Below, one piece after another: positions 35,569 to 44,458 of a stretch of DNA of 64,000 nucleotides. The translations under genes were made by a program, and so were the position numbers. The notes below the pieces were generated by a model. It made no database searches, was not told the DNA's origin, and saw only the letters and a list, made by a program, of their open reading frames with translations. The DNA lies in assembly GCA_964513745.1 (NCBI GenBank), contig CAZEOK010000002.1, forward strand, positions 7,858 to 71,857, written 5' to 3'. Position 1 is the first letter of the stretch, and each line of letters opens with the position of its first letter. The DNA is from an uncultured bacterium (lineage in GTDB: Bacteria > JAUVQV01 > DATDCY01).

Positions 35569-36074
35569 CGCGCCGCCACCGACCGCGCGCACTCCCGATC
35601 GCTCCCGCGGGCCTTTTCGATCACATGGCTGACGATGGGACCGAGGAACCGCACGATCGCCCTCGCTCGTGCGGGCCGGGCTGGGAGATTGACCACGAGC
35701 GTCGCCCGACGCATTCCCGCCCTGCCCCGAAACAGCAAGTCGCGCGGTCGCCGGGCTGAGGCGAGATACATCCGCTCTTCGATGCCGGGCAGGGAGCGGT
35801 CCAGAAGCGCGCCGGTGATCTCCGGTGCAAAATCCTCGCGATCGTGGCCAGCGCGGCCGACCGTGAAGACCACCGCGACCTGACCGCCGTCACACCAACG
35901 GCGGATTGTTCCGGTGGCCAGACGCGGGTCAACGCCAGCCTGTGCGGTTTCTATCTCAATAACCGCGTCTCGCCGCCATAACTCCCTGACATCCCGGGCC
36001 ACTGCGGGCACCGCCTGGCCGCCATCAACGCCAAGTCCGAGGATGCGGACCTCAAGCCGATTCAATACGTCCAT
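35565..36074 (-). CDS. MogA/MoaB-like molybdopterin-binding-fold protein with divergent active-site loop
   Basis: NRLEVRILGLGVDGG, VVFTVGRAGHDREDFAPEIT and LVVNLPARPARA align by eye with MogA TLRIGLVSISDR, LVLTTGGTGPARRDVTPDAT and LILNLPGQPKS. The start is uncertain (36074, 36107 or 36194). Confidence 0.5.
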   Translation of the reverse strand: MDVLNRLEVRILGLGVDGGQAVPAVARDVRELWRRDAVIEIETAQAGVDPRLATGTIRRWCDGGQVAVVFTVGRAGHDREDFAPEITGALLDRSLPGIEERMYLASARRPRDLLFRGRAGMRRATLVVNLPARPARARAIVRFLGPIVSHVIEKARGSDRECARSVAAR

Positions 36075-36218
36075 ACAATCGAAGGTTACCACACTACCTG
36101 TCCCCATCGCCAACCCGGGGACAGATCGGGCAATGACGGCTGCTGGCACCCATCGGAGCCAAGGTGGAGACAGAAGCGCTCCTCGCGGGAACATCGTACA
36201 GGCGCACTAATACTCCGC

Positions 36219-36239
36219 ATCACAACATATGCGTGTGAT
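36219..36239. promoter_or_regulatory. inverted repeat ATCACA-N9-TGTGAT upstream of the sigma-54 promoter candidate
   Basis: Perfect 6-bp arms at 36219-36224 and 36234-36239, about 20 nt upstream of the -24 element, in a divergent AT-richer intergenic region. Confidence 0.3.
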
Positions 36240-36256
36240 ATCAGTTAGTTCTACGG

Positions 36257-36273
36257 TTGGCACGAACGATGCA
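36257..36273 (+). promoter_or_regulatory. sigma-54 (-24/-12) promoter candidate
   Basis: TGGCACGAACGATGCAT versus the consensus TGGCACG-N4-TTGCW. GG (36258-59) and GC (36270-71) have canonical spacing. About 120 nt upstream of the comEA-like ATG. rpoN is present in this window. Confidence 0.45.
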
Positions 36274-36393
36274 TAATATTTTTCAGTTCGTGACGAGCCA
36301 ATGCCAGGCTGGGAAAGGAGGAATCCAGGAAGAGCCGTATGAAATCAGTCGCCACAGGTTAGAATAAAACCGCTTCCACAAGGAGGATGTGCC

Positions 36394-36753
36394 ATGAAAG
36401 GAATCATGTTCCTGCTGTTGGCAGCTCTGCTCGTTGCTCCGGGCTACATCTCGGCTGCCGATCGGAAAGCCCCGCCGGAATCACAGGCGCCAGTCGCCTC
36501 GACTGTCACGTCGCAAAAACTCGATATCAACCGTGCTTCAACGGATGAGCTCATCGGTGTCCCCGGCATCGGGCCACGAATGGCTCAGGCGATCGTTGAC
36601 CTGAGACTCAAGAAAGGATCGTTCGCCAAGCTCGAAGAACTTCTCGAGGTGCCCGGCATCAAGGAAAAGACCCTTGCGTCGATCTCCGCCTACCTCACCG
36701 TCACACCTCTCCAGTCGCAGGCGTCTCAGATATCCGGGACTGCGTCCAGATAA
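36394..36753 (+). CDS. ComEA-family helix-hairpin-helix DNA-binding protein
   Basis: Signal peptide, then KLDINRASTDELIGVPGIGPRMAQAIVDLRLKKGSFAKLEELLEVPGIKEKTL (tandem HhH). AAGGAGG lies 7 nt before the ATG. Confidence 0.8.
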   Translation: MKGIMFLLLAALLVAPGYISAADRKAPPESQAPVASTVTSQKLDINRASTDELIGVPGIGPRMAQAIVDLRLKKGSFAKLEELLEVPGIKEKTLASISAYLTVTPLQSQASQISGTASR

Positions 36754-36762
36754 CCGCACCAC

Positions 36763-36788
36763 GGGCGGGGAACGCCTATTCCCCGCCC
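36763..36788 (+). terminator. hairpin terminator candidate after the comEA-like gene
   Basis: Perfect 10-bp stem GGGCGGGGAA / TTCCCCGCCC with a 6-nt loop, 10 nt after the stop. The trailing sequence GTTCTC is only weakly T-rich. Confidence 0.45.
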
Positions 36789-36973
36789 GTTCTCAGGTTC
36801 CTTGATTTCCGATGAGCCTTCACCATGCGGCCAGCCTTCCTTGGAAACGCGTGCCATCTTGCCTTGTGAATGATTTCTCTTGACTTGTTTATCAATTCAA
36901 TAATAAAATGAATATCATAAGGCAACTGATTGGGTAACAACCGTACTCACCACTCCAAGGAGAAACGCGGGCT

Positions 36974-37399
36974 ATGCGATTGACCACCAAGGGAAGATAC
37001 GCGGTGCGGGCGCTGTTTTGCCTGTCGACCTATCAGACGGACCGGCCCACGCCGCTCTCCGAGGTGGCGAAACGGCAAAACATTTCGCTGAACTTTCTTG
37101 AGCAGCTCTTCGTGCACTTGCGGAAAAATGGCATTGTCACCAGCGTGCGCGGGCCACGCGGCGGCTATAAATTGAGCAAGCCCCCCGAAAAGATCACCAT
37201 AGGCGAGATCCTTCGCGCAGTCGGCGAGAGCACCTTCCCGGTGTTCTGCAGCGACGACTTCTCCGCCAGCAAGAAGCCCTGCCCGCGCGCCGACGAGTGC
37301 GTGACGCACATGCTCTGGGAGAAACTCGGCACGACAATCAATAAGTTTCTCGACTCGACGACGCTCGCTGATCTCGCCGATCTCGGACCGCGCTGCTAG
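36974..37399 (+). CDS. Rrf2-family transcriptional regulator (IscR/NsrR-like)
   Basis: MRLTTKGRYAVRALF...ISLNFLEQLFVHLRKNGIVTSVRGPRGGYKL winged-helix signature. Three C-terminal Cys (C-x10-C-x5-C) could ligate an Fe-S cluster. Confidence 0.9.
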   Translation: MRLTTKGRYAVRALFCLSTYQTDRPTPLSEVAKRQNISLNFLEQLFVHLRKNGIVTSVRGPRGGYKLSKPPEKITIGEILRAVGESTFPVFCSDDFSASKKPCPRADECVTHMLWEKLGTTINKFLDSTTLADLADLGPRC

Positions 37400-37458
37400 C
37401 TCTGGCAGCGCCCCGCCCGCGTTGCCCGAAGGCCGGCGAGTCCCTATACTGCCGCCTG

Positions 37459-38634
37459 ATGAAGCTCGTCGACCGGTACATCCTGCGTGAGCTCGTGCCC
37501 CCATTTATCCTGGGCATGTTCATTTTCACCTTCCTGCTGCTCATGAGCCAGATCTTGCGGCTGATGGAGCTGATCGTCAACAAAGGGGTGGCCACGGGGA
37601 CGATCCTGCGGCTCGTCCTCTACCTGCTGCCGTCGATCCTCGTGCTCACCGTGCCGATATCGGTCTTTCTCGCCACGGTCGTCACCTTCGGTCGGCTCTC
37701 CGCTGAAAACGAGCTGACTGCACTCAAGACGGGGGGATTCAGCCTGCTGCGCCTCACCCTGCCCGTCGCGATCTTCTCCACCGCCGCATGGGCCCTGACG
37801 AGCTGGCTGATCATCGTCGCCCTGCCAGCCGGAAACCAGGCATTCCGGACCAGCATGTTCGAGATCGTCCGCACCAAGGCCAGCGTCGGCCTTCGGGAGA
37901 AAATTTTCAACGACGACTTCGAGGGACTCGTGATCTACATCAACACCATCCCCCAGGCCGGCAATCGCTCCATGGAGGGCATCTTCATCTCTGACGCCCG
38001 ACCCGAGAAGCGTCAGCCTCCGGGCGAGCCGATCACCATCGTCGCGGAGCGTGGCTGGCTTGTCGCGGACCCCGGCTCGGACAAGGTGGTCTTCCGGCTC
38101 GAGAACGGCGGCATCCACGTCCTTTCCCGGGACTTCACCACCTACCAGCACACCAACTTCCGCACGCACGACCTGCAATTGAGCCTCGGCGACGAGGCCG
38201 GCGAGAGTCCTTCATTACCCAAGGGACTACGCGAGATGACGCTCGACGAACTGCGCGCGAAAATTTCCGAGTACCGCCGTCTTGGCGTCAAGCAATGGGC
38301 ACCGCTGGTTGAGATCCACAAGAAATTCTCGATACCGTTCGCCGCATTCATCTTCGGCTTGCTCGGGGTGGCCATGGGGGTCCTCTTCCGTCGTGGCGAG
38401 AAGCTCGTGAGCTTCGCCCTGAGCATCGCCATTGCGATCATCTATTACGTCTTCCTCCTCGCCGGTGAACCGCTCGGCAAACAGGGTCGCCTCAGCCCCT
38501 TCTGGGCGATGTGGTCGGCGAACATCTTCTTCGGCACCGCCACGGTTGCACTCTTCCGCAAGGTACTCGCCGAAACGCCTTTCAGCTGGCCGCGCCTGCC
38601 GATCGGGCGCGGCGGCCCGGGGCCCGGGGCATGA
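37459..38634 (+). CDS. lptF: LPS export ABC permease LptF (YjgP/YjgQ family)
   Basis: MKLVDRYILRELVPPFILGMFIFTFLLL N-terminus. 6-TM profile with a large periplasmic loop. Paired with a second family member. Confidence 0.78.
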   Translation: MKLVDRYILRELVPPFILGMFIFTFLLLMSQILRLMELIVNKGVATGTILRLVLYLLPSILVLTVPISVFLATVVTFGRLSAENELTALKTGGFSLLRLTLPVAIFSTAAWALTSWLIIVALPAGNQAFRTSMFEIVRTKASVGLREKIFNDDFEGLVIYINTIPQAGNRSMEGIFISDARPEKRQPPGEPITIVAERGWLVADPGSDKVVFRLENGGIHVLSRDFTTYQHTNFRTHDLQLSLGDEAGESPSLPKGLREMTLDELRAKISEYRRLGVKQWAPLVEIHKKFSIPFAAFIFGLLGVAMGVLFRRGEKLVSFALSIAIAIIYYVFLLAGEPLGKQGRLSPFWAMWSANIFFGTATVALFRKVLAETPFSWPRLPIGRGGPGPGA

Positions 38635-39716
38635 CCATCCTCCAGCGCTATGTCAGTCGCGAATTCCTCAAGATCTTCGGGATCTGCTTCACCGGCCTGC
38701 TCGGCACCTACGTGCTGGTCGATTTCTTCCAGCGCATAGACCTTTTCATCAACTTCCCGACCCCGGTGCGCTGGAAATTCCTGTATTTCGCCTTGAAGAT
38801 GCCGTTGTTCATCTTCCACATCACCCCGGTCTCGATGCTCGTGGCGATCCTGGTGACCCTCGGGATCATGAACCACAACCGCGAGATCACCGCCGTCCGC
38901 TGCGGCGGCGTCACCCTGATGCACCTGTGCGCCCCGCTTGTCGCTCTCGGCGCTCTCGCCAGCGCGCTGGTCTTTGTCACCAACGAGTACCTCGTGCCCG
39001 TGACGACCCGCCAGTCGCAGTATGTGCTGGACACCCACATCAAGAACCGGCCGTCCCGCAGCATCTTCCGACAGAACCGCATCTGGTTCTACGGAGAGCG
39101 AAACACGATCTTCAACATCCAGCTGCTCGATCCGGTTGAACAATCGATGGAGGGCGTCACCCTCTACCGTTTCGACGCCAACGGAGCGAGGCTCGTGCAG
39201 CGCATCGACGCCCGCCGTGCCCGTTACCGTCGCGGCCGCTGGGACTTCTTCAGCGTCACCCTGCGGACGTTCCTTCCCGATGGCACGATCAAGGCCCGTT
39301 TCCTGCCTCGCCATCGCATGCGGCTGAGGGAGAAGCCCAAGGACATTTCACAGTACCGCGAACGCCCCGAGGAGATGAACCTCACGGCGCTCGCCGAGTA
39401 CGTGCGCAAGCTGCGCCGCAGCGGTTTCAATCCGACCGCCTACATGGTCGACCTCCAGACAAAAATCTCGCTGCCGCTTGTCAGCCTCGTGGTCACGCTG
39501 CTGGCGATCCCCATCGCGTTTCGCTCTCGGTTGGGAGGGGGCATCGTCGCCAGCCTCGGCGCCAGCCTCACCCTCGGCTTCACTTACTGGATCATCATCT
39601 CAATCGGCGTCTCTCTCGGGCACGCAGGCAAGCTCACCCCCCTGCTGGCGGCCTGGCTACCCAACCTCTTCTTCGCCAGCCTGGCTGGTTATCTCTGGAT
39701 GCATCTGGAGCAATAG
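38631..39716 (+). CDS. lptG: LPS export ABC permease LptG (YjgP/YjgQ family)
   Basis: ATG at 38631 (MTILQRYVSREFLKIF...) overlaps the lptF stop (ATGA). Same architecture. Confidence 0.78.
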   Translation: MTILQRYVSREFLKIFGICFTGLLGTYVLVDFFQRIDLFINFPTPVRWKFLYFALKMPLFIFHITPVSMLVAILVTLGIMNHNREITAVRCGGVTLMHLCAPLVALGALASALVFVTNEYLVPVTTRQSQYVLDTHIKNRPSRSIFRQNRIWFYGERNTIFNIQLLDPVEQSMEGVTLYRFDANGARLVQRIDARRARYRRGRWDFFSVTLRTFLPDGTIKARFLPRHRMRLREKPKDISQYRERPEEMNLTALAEYVRKLRRSGFNPTAYMVDLQTKISLPLVSLVVTLLAIPIAFRSRLGGGIVASLGASLTLGFTYWIIISIGVSLGHAGKLTPLLAAWLPNLFFASLAGYLWMHLEQ

Positions 39717-39810
39717 CAGGCCGCTGAAAATGGCCCATCTGCGGCGTTGCGCTTCGCTCTTGCATCTGAACCATTTTGAGTGGCCTGCTGCGCATGCGTT
39801 TCAACCGGTC

Positions 39811-39839
39811 TTGACACAAGATATTGTGTTGTGCATAGT
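39811..39839 (+). promoter_or_regulatory. sigma-70-type promoter candidate for smc
   Basis: TTGACA (39811-39816), 17-nt spacer, CATAGT (39834-39839), in an AT-richer 174-nt gap. The spacer contains the inverted repeat ACACAA-N4-TTGTGT. Confidence 0.3.
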
Positions 39840-39890
39840 TATCAACACGCTCGATAGTGTATTCTGGCCTTTTCGCTGGACTCGTCAACC

Positions 39891-42800
39891 ATGCGGGGCG
39901 ATGGAGGAAACGCCTTGATTTTCAAGAAACTCGAACTACACGGATTCAAGACATTCTTTGATCGCACCGAGGTGCATTTTCGCCCGGGCATCAACGCCGT
40001 CGTCGGTCCCAACGGTTGCGGGAAAAGCAATATCGCGGACGCCATCCGCTGGGTGCTCGGGGAGCAGAGCCCCAAGCAACTGCGCGGGGAAAAGATGGAG
40101 GATCTGATCTTTTCCGGGAGCCAGTCGCGGCATCCGCTCGGGATGGCCGAGGTTTCGCTGACCGTCGAGCTCACCGGGGAGGAGTTGCCGGTCCCCTACA
40201 ACAAGTTCACAGAAATCTGCGTCACCCGTCGGCTCTACCGCTCCGGCGAGAGCGAGTATTACATCAACAACAGCGCCTGCCGGTTGCGCGACATCCGCGA
40301 ACTGTTTCTCGACACCGGGCTCAACCCCAAAGCCTACGCTGTCATCAGCCAGGGGCACATCGGCTCCCTGGTCGACGCCCACCCGGAGGATCGGCGGATC
40401 CTGCTCGAGGAAGCCGCCGGGATCGCGAAATTCAAGGAACGCAAGACAGCCGCGCTGCGCAAGCTCGACGCAACCGAGCAGAACCTCGTACGCCTGAACG
40501 ATCTGACTGCCGAGATCAAACGGCAGCTCGGCTCGCTCCAGCGCCAGGCTCGCAAGGCGGAACGCTACCACGAACTCAAAGCGCAGTTCGAGACGCTCGA
40601 GCTGCGGATGCTCGTCCATCAGCACGACGCGCTTCTTGAGCGGATTCGCTCTCACGAGGAGAGGATCCGCGGGCTGGCCGAACTGCAGGAGAGGCTCCGG
40701 GCAGAGACGAGCACGCTGGAGGCCGGCCTCGAGGCCGGCTCGCTCGAGTCGGTCCAGGTCGAGCAATCGCTCGGCGGCCTCCGCGAGGAGTTCTACGCCC
40801 ACCGGGCCCGACTAGAGGCGCTCGAACAGCAGCTTGACGCCGCCCGCGGCCGCCTCGCCGGGCTCCAGCAATCACTCGCCAGCGACGGTGCAGAATCAGA
40901 TCATCTGGCCACCCTTCTGGCGGGCAACACCACGGACCTGGCCGCGGTCGAGAACGAATTGAGCCGACTCGAGGAATCCCTCGCCGCCGGGGAGGCGCGA
41001 CGGCTCGAAACCACGTCCCTGCTCGACGAGGCAGCCAGGGCGGCCCGCGAAGGCAAGGAGACTCTCGACGAGGCTGCCGTGCGCTATCGGGACTGCGTTC
41101 GCGTCGAGTCGGAAGCCCATCGCGCCCTTGCGCGCCTCGAGGCCCGCTCGGAGGCGATCGAGCGTGAGCTTGGACGGGTCACCGCCGAACTCGTCGCTCT
41201 CGAGGCCGAGGACACCGTGCTTGCGACGCGCGAAGAGGATCTGGCGCGTCAACTCTCGACGAATCGCGAGTCGTTCGAACGCAATCTCGACCAGGCAGCG
41301 GCCGCCGCAACCGACCTTGCCCTGGCGCGGGAAGAGGCCGCGGCGGTGGACGCGGGGCTGTCGTCTGCGCGGGACGAGCTCAACGCGGCCACGGCGCGTC
41401 TGGCATCGCTCAGCGAGCTCGAGCGCAACCTGAGCGGCTGGCCGGAGCTCTTCCAGGAGGAGCTCTCCCGTATCCTCGCTCACCAGGATCTCAACGGTGG
41501 CCTGCGCGGTCTTCTCGCGGATGAGCTTCAGGTGCCGACCGAGCACGAGGCGGCCCTGGAGGCTGTCCTCGGCGACCGCCTCAAATTTCTCCTCGTCAAG
41601 GCGCCCGAAGTCGGCATCGAGGCCGCGCGGGTGCTGCAGGAGGGCACGTCGGTGCGCGGCACCTTCCTGCCGCTGGATCCGCGGCGCAACGCGCCCGCGC
41701 CACCCGCGCTCGAGCGTGACGATCTGCCGCGGCTGATCGATGTCGTGACGATCTCCCCCGATCTGCGACCGCTCGTCGAGCACCTGCTCCAGGATGTCTA
41801 TCTCGCCGGGAGCCTTGCCGGGGCGCTTGAGCTCTGGCGCGCGGGTGCCGTCGCGTGCACCTTCGTCACCCCGGTCGGCGAAGTGCTCTGGCCGGACGGC
41901 GCGGTGACCGCGGGGCGCCTCGACCCCTCGCGCGAATTGCTCCCTCTGGTACGCTCGATCCGCGAAACACAGGCGGTTGCGAACGCCGCCGGGGAGAGGG
42001 CTGAAGCGCTCGGCGAGCGGCTGAAGGAAGTCCGCGAGCGCGAACGCGGTCACGAGCTGAGCGTGCGGACGCTCGATCAGGAGGGGCGCGCGCTCGACCA
42101 GCAGATCGCATCGCTCGAGAAGGATCTGCTGTTCTCGCGCCAGAAGCGCAGCGCGCACGCGACCCAGCGCGAGCGCCTCTCCGAGCTGTCGGAACGCGTC
42201 GGCGCCGAGCGCGCGCAGAGCGATCTTGACCTGGCTAGGGAGCGGACCCTCCGCAACGAGCTCGCCGCTGCCCGGGCTCGCCACGAGGAGGATCTGGCGG
42301 TAAGGGAAGCCGACCTGTCCTCCCGCCTGCACGAGGAACGCGCGCAGATGGAACGGCTCGCCGGGCTGCAGGTGGAGCTTGCCGCCGGCCGTGAACGGGC
42401 TGCCCATCTCAGGACGCGCCGCGAACACCTTGTCGCGGACTCCGCGCGCGCCACCGGCCGGCGCGCCGAGCTGGCGGGAGCGATCGAGGAGGCGCTCGCG
42501 GGCTCGGCCGCGGCGGCAACCAGCGTGGAAGAACTCGCCCGCGAGCGGGCGATTCTCGCCGGCGAACGGGACTTCATCGAATGCCGGCTCAACGAGGCGC
42601 AGGACCGTCACCGCCTGCTGAGTGGACGAGCGCGTGAAACCGAGGAGCGGCTGCGGTTGCTGCGCGTCCGACGTGAGGAAATCATTGCCGAGCAGGGGAC
42701 CCTGCAGGTGCACCTCGCCGAGGAACAGGTCCGCCGCGAGCACCTGCACACCCGGGTCGTCGATCTGTGCGGCACCGCGCCCGGCGAGATTTTCGACGCG

Positions 42801-43496
42801 GCGGCCCGCGACGATTTGCAGTCCATCCCCCTGGGATCGATGGAGGAGAGCCACCGCAGTCTCGGCCTCCAGATCCAGGCGCTCGGTCCCGTGAACCTCG
42901 CGGCGCTCGGCGACCAGCAGGAGCTCCAGGAGCGTCTAGAGGCACAGCGTCGCCAGCAGGAAGACCTCGATCAGGCCGCGCGCGACCTGCGTCAGGCGAT
43001 CGCCAGGATCAACGCCACCTCGCGCGATAAATTCCTCGAGACCTTCGAGAAGGTCAACGAGAAATTCCAGGAAGTCTTCCCGCAGTTGCTCGAAAACGGC
43101 CACGCCCTGCTGAGGCTGGCCGACGGTGAGGACCCGCTCGAGGCGGGGGTCGAGATCCTGGCGCAGCCCGCGGGCAAGAAACTCAAGCACATCTCCTTGC
43201 TCTCAGGGGGTGAGCAGGCTCTCACCGCGATCGCGCTGCTGCTGGCGATCTTCATGGTCAAGCCCTCGCCGTTCTGCCTCCTCGACGAGGTCGATGCGCC
43301 GCTCGACGAGTCGAACATCATGCGCTTTCTCAAGGTCCTGCGTCGCTCAGTCGGCGGCTCTCAGCTGGTCATGGTCACCCACAACAAAAGGACCATGGAG
43401 AACGCCAACAACCTCGTTGGCGTGACCATGTCCGACCCCGGCGTCTCGCGCCTGATCTCCGTCCACCTGCGCGATTACCAGGCGCAGGCCTCCTAG
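39891..43496 (+). CDS. smc: chromosome segregation protein SMC
   Basis: Walker A GPNGCGKSNI, long coiled coils with central hinge, LSGGEQALTAIALL signature and FCLLDEVDAPLD Walker B. Confidence 0.95.
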   Translation: MRGDGGNALIFKKLELHGFKTFFDRTEVHFRPGINAVVGPNGCGKSNIADAIRWVLGEQSPKQLRGEKMEDLIFSGSQSRHPLGMAEVSLTVELTGEELPVPYNKFTEICVTRRLYRSGESEYYINNSACRLRDIRELFLDTGLNPKAYAVISQGHIGSLVDAHPEDRRILLEEAAGIAKFKERKTAALRKLDATEQNLVRLNDLTAEIKRQLGSLQRQARKAERYHELKAQFETLELRMLVHQHDALLERIRSHEERIRGLAELQERLRAETSTLEAGLEAGSLESVQVEQSLGGLREEFYAHRARLEALEQQLDAARGRLAGLQQSLASDGAESDHLATLLAGNTTDLAAVENELSRLEESLAAGEARRLETTSLLDEAARAAREGKETLDEAAVRYRDCVRVESEAHRALARLEARSEAIERELGRVTAELVALEAEDTVLATREEDLARQLSTNRESFERNLDQAAAAATDLALAREEAAAVDAGLSSARDELNAATARLASLSELERNLSGWPELFQEELSRILAHQDLNGGLRGLLADELQVPTEHEAALEAVLGDRLKFLLVKAPEVGIEAARVLQEGTSVRGTFLPLDPRRNAPAPPALERDDLPRLIDVVTISPDLRPLVEHLLQDVYLAGSLAGALELWRAGAVACTFVTPVGEVLWPDGAVTAGRLDPSRELLPLVRSIRETQAVANAAGERAEALGERLKEVRERERGHELSVRTLDQEGRALDQQIASLEKDLLFSRQKRSAHATQRERLSELSERVGAERAQSDLDLARERTLRNELAAARARHEEDLAVREADLSSRLHEERAQMERLAGLQVELAAGRERAAHLRTRREHLVADSARATGRRAELAGAIEEALAGSAAAATSVEELARERAILAGERDFIECRLNEAQDRHRLLSGRARETEERLRLLRVRREEIIAEQGTLQVHLAEEQVRREHLHTRVVDLCGTAPGEIFDAAARDDLQSIPLGSMEESHRSLGLQIQALGPVNLAALGDQQELQERLEAQRRQQEDLDQAARDLRQAIARINATSRDKFLETFEKVNEKFQEVFPQLLENGHALLRLADGEDPLEAGVEILAQPAGKKLKHISLLSGGEQALTAIALLLAIFMVKPSPFCLLDEVDAPLDESNIMRFLKVLRRSVGGSQLVMVTHNKRTMENANNLVGVTMSDPGVSRLISVHLRDYQAQAS

Positions 43497-43507
43497 GGAG
43501 CGCCGCC

Positions 43508-44458
43508 ATGGTCTTCGGGCTCGGTAGCGACCGCCAGGGGCTCTTCGCCCGTCTCAAGGCCGGGCTGGCCAAGACCCACGACGGTTTCGTCAACAAGGTC
43601 GAGCGGCTGGTCTTGCGCCGCAACCGCATCGACGCCGAGCTGCTCGATGAGTTGGAAGAGCTCTACCTTCAGGGTGACGTCGGGCCGCGCACGACCGAGG
43701 ATCTCATGGCGCGCCTGCGCGGGGCGATAGCCCGCAACGAGGTGCGCACCCCCGATGATGTTCTCGCCTTCCTCAAGGCGCAGGCACTCGAGATCCTCTC
43801 GGCGTGCGCCGGGAAAATCGAACTTCCCCGACAGGGGGTCGGGGTGATTCTCATGGTCGGGACGAACTGCTCGGGCAAGACGACAACAGTTGCGAAACTC
43901 GGACGGAGACTGCAGCGCGAGGGTCGCCGGGTCCTCCTCGCCGCCGCCGACACCTTCCGCGCCGCTGCCGCCGAACAGCTCGAGGTCTGGGGCGAGCGCA
44001 CCGGCCTCGAAGTCATCTCGCAGAAGCCCGGGTCCGATCCTGCGGCCGTAGTTTTCGACACGATCAACGCCGCGATCGCCCGCGGGTACGACACCGTCAT
44101 CGCCGACACGGCGGGGCGGATGCACACCAGGGTCAACCTGATGGAGGAGATGAAGAAAATCCGACGGACGGCAGCCAAACTCGTCCCGGGGTCGCCCCAC
44201 GAAACGCTGCTGGTGCTCGACGCCACGACCGGCCAGAACGCCTTCTCCCAGATGCAGCTGTTCCACGAGGCGGTCGGCCTGACGGGGCTGGTTCTGACCA
44301 AGCTCGACGGGACAGCCCGCGGCGGCGTGGTGCTTGGTCTGGCGCGCGAGTTTCCGGTGCCGGTGAAGCTTGTCGGCATCGGCGAGAAGGTCGAGGACCT
44401 GCAGGATTTCGACGCCGAGGCCTTCGTCGAGGCCCTCTACGCCCCGGGCACGGCCTAG
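43508..44458 (+). CDS. ftsY: signal recognition particle receptor FtsY (short form)
   Basis: NG domain with GTNCSGKTTTVAKL, DTAGR, TKLDGTARGG. smc-ftsY adjacency is common. Confidence 0.95.
   Translation: MVFGLGSDRQGLFARLKAGLAKTHDGFVNKVERLVLRRNRIDAELLDELEELYLQGDVGPRTTEDLMARLRGAIARNEVRTPDDVLAFLKAQALEILSACAGKIELPRQGVGVILMVGTNCSGKTTTVAKLGRRLQREGRRVLLAAADTFRAAAAEQLEVWGERTGLEVISQKPGSDPAAVVFDTINAAIARGYDTVIADTAGRMHTRVNLMEEMKKIRRTAAKLVPGSPHETLLVLDATTGQNAFSQMQLFHEAVGLTGLVLTKLDGTARGGVVLGLAREFPVPVKLVGIGEKVEDLQDFDAEAFVEALYAPGTA

Noticed and set aside
36219-36239. Possible CRP/FNR-type site
   Set aside because: The half-sites are in the order TCACA-N9-TGTGA rather than TGTGA-N6-TCACA, so this is not a CRP-family operator. 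It is kept only as an unassigned inverted repeat.
36339-36362. Seven-codon upstream ORF (MKSVATG) in the comEA-like leader
   Set aside because: The nearest AGGAGG is about 17 nt away (poor spacing), the peptide has no telling composition, and it is too short to support without conservation data.
40896-42854. 652-aa ORF antisense to smc, and similar cases at 8450-9976, 12856-13899, 17258-18805, 19275-20657, 27479-28945 and 59137-60570
   Set aside because: All lie opposite genes with clear family signatures and show the Arg/Pro/Gly-rich composition typical of non-coding frames in high-GC DNA.
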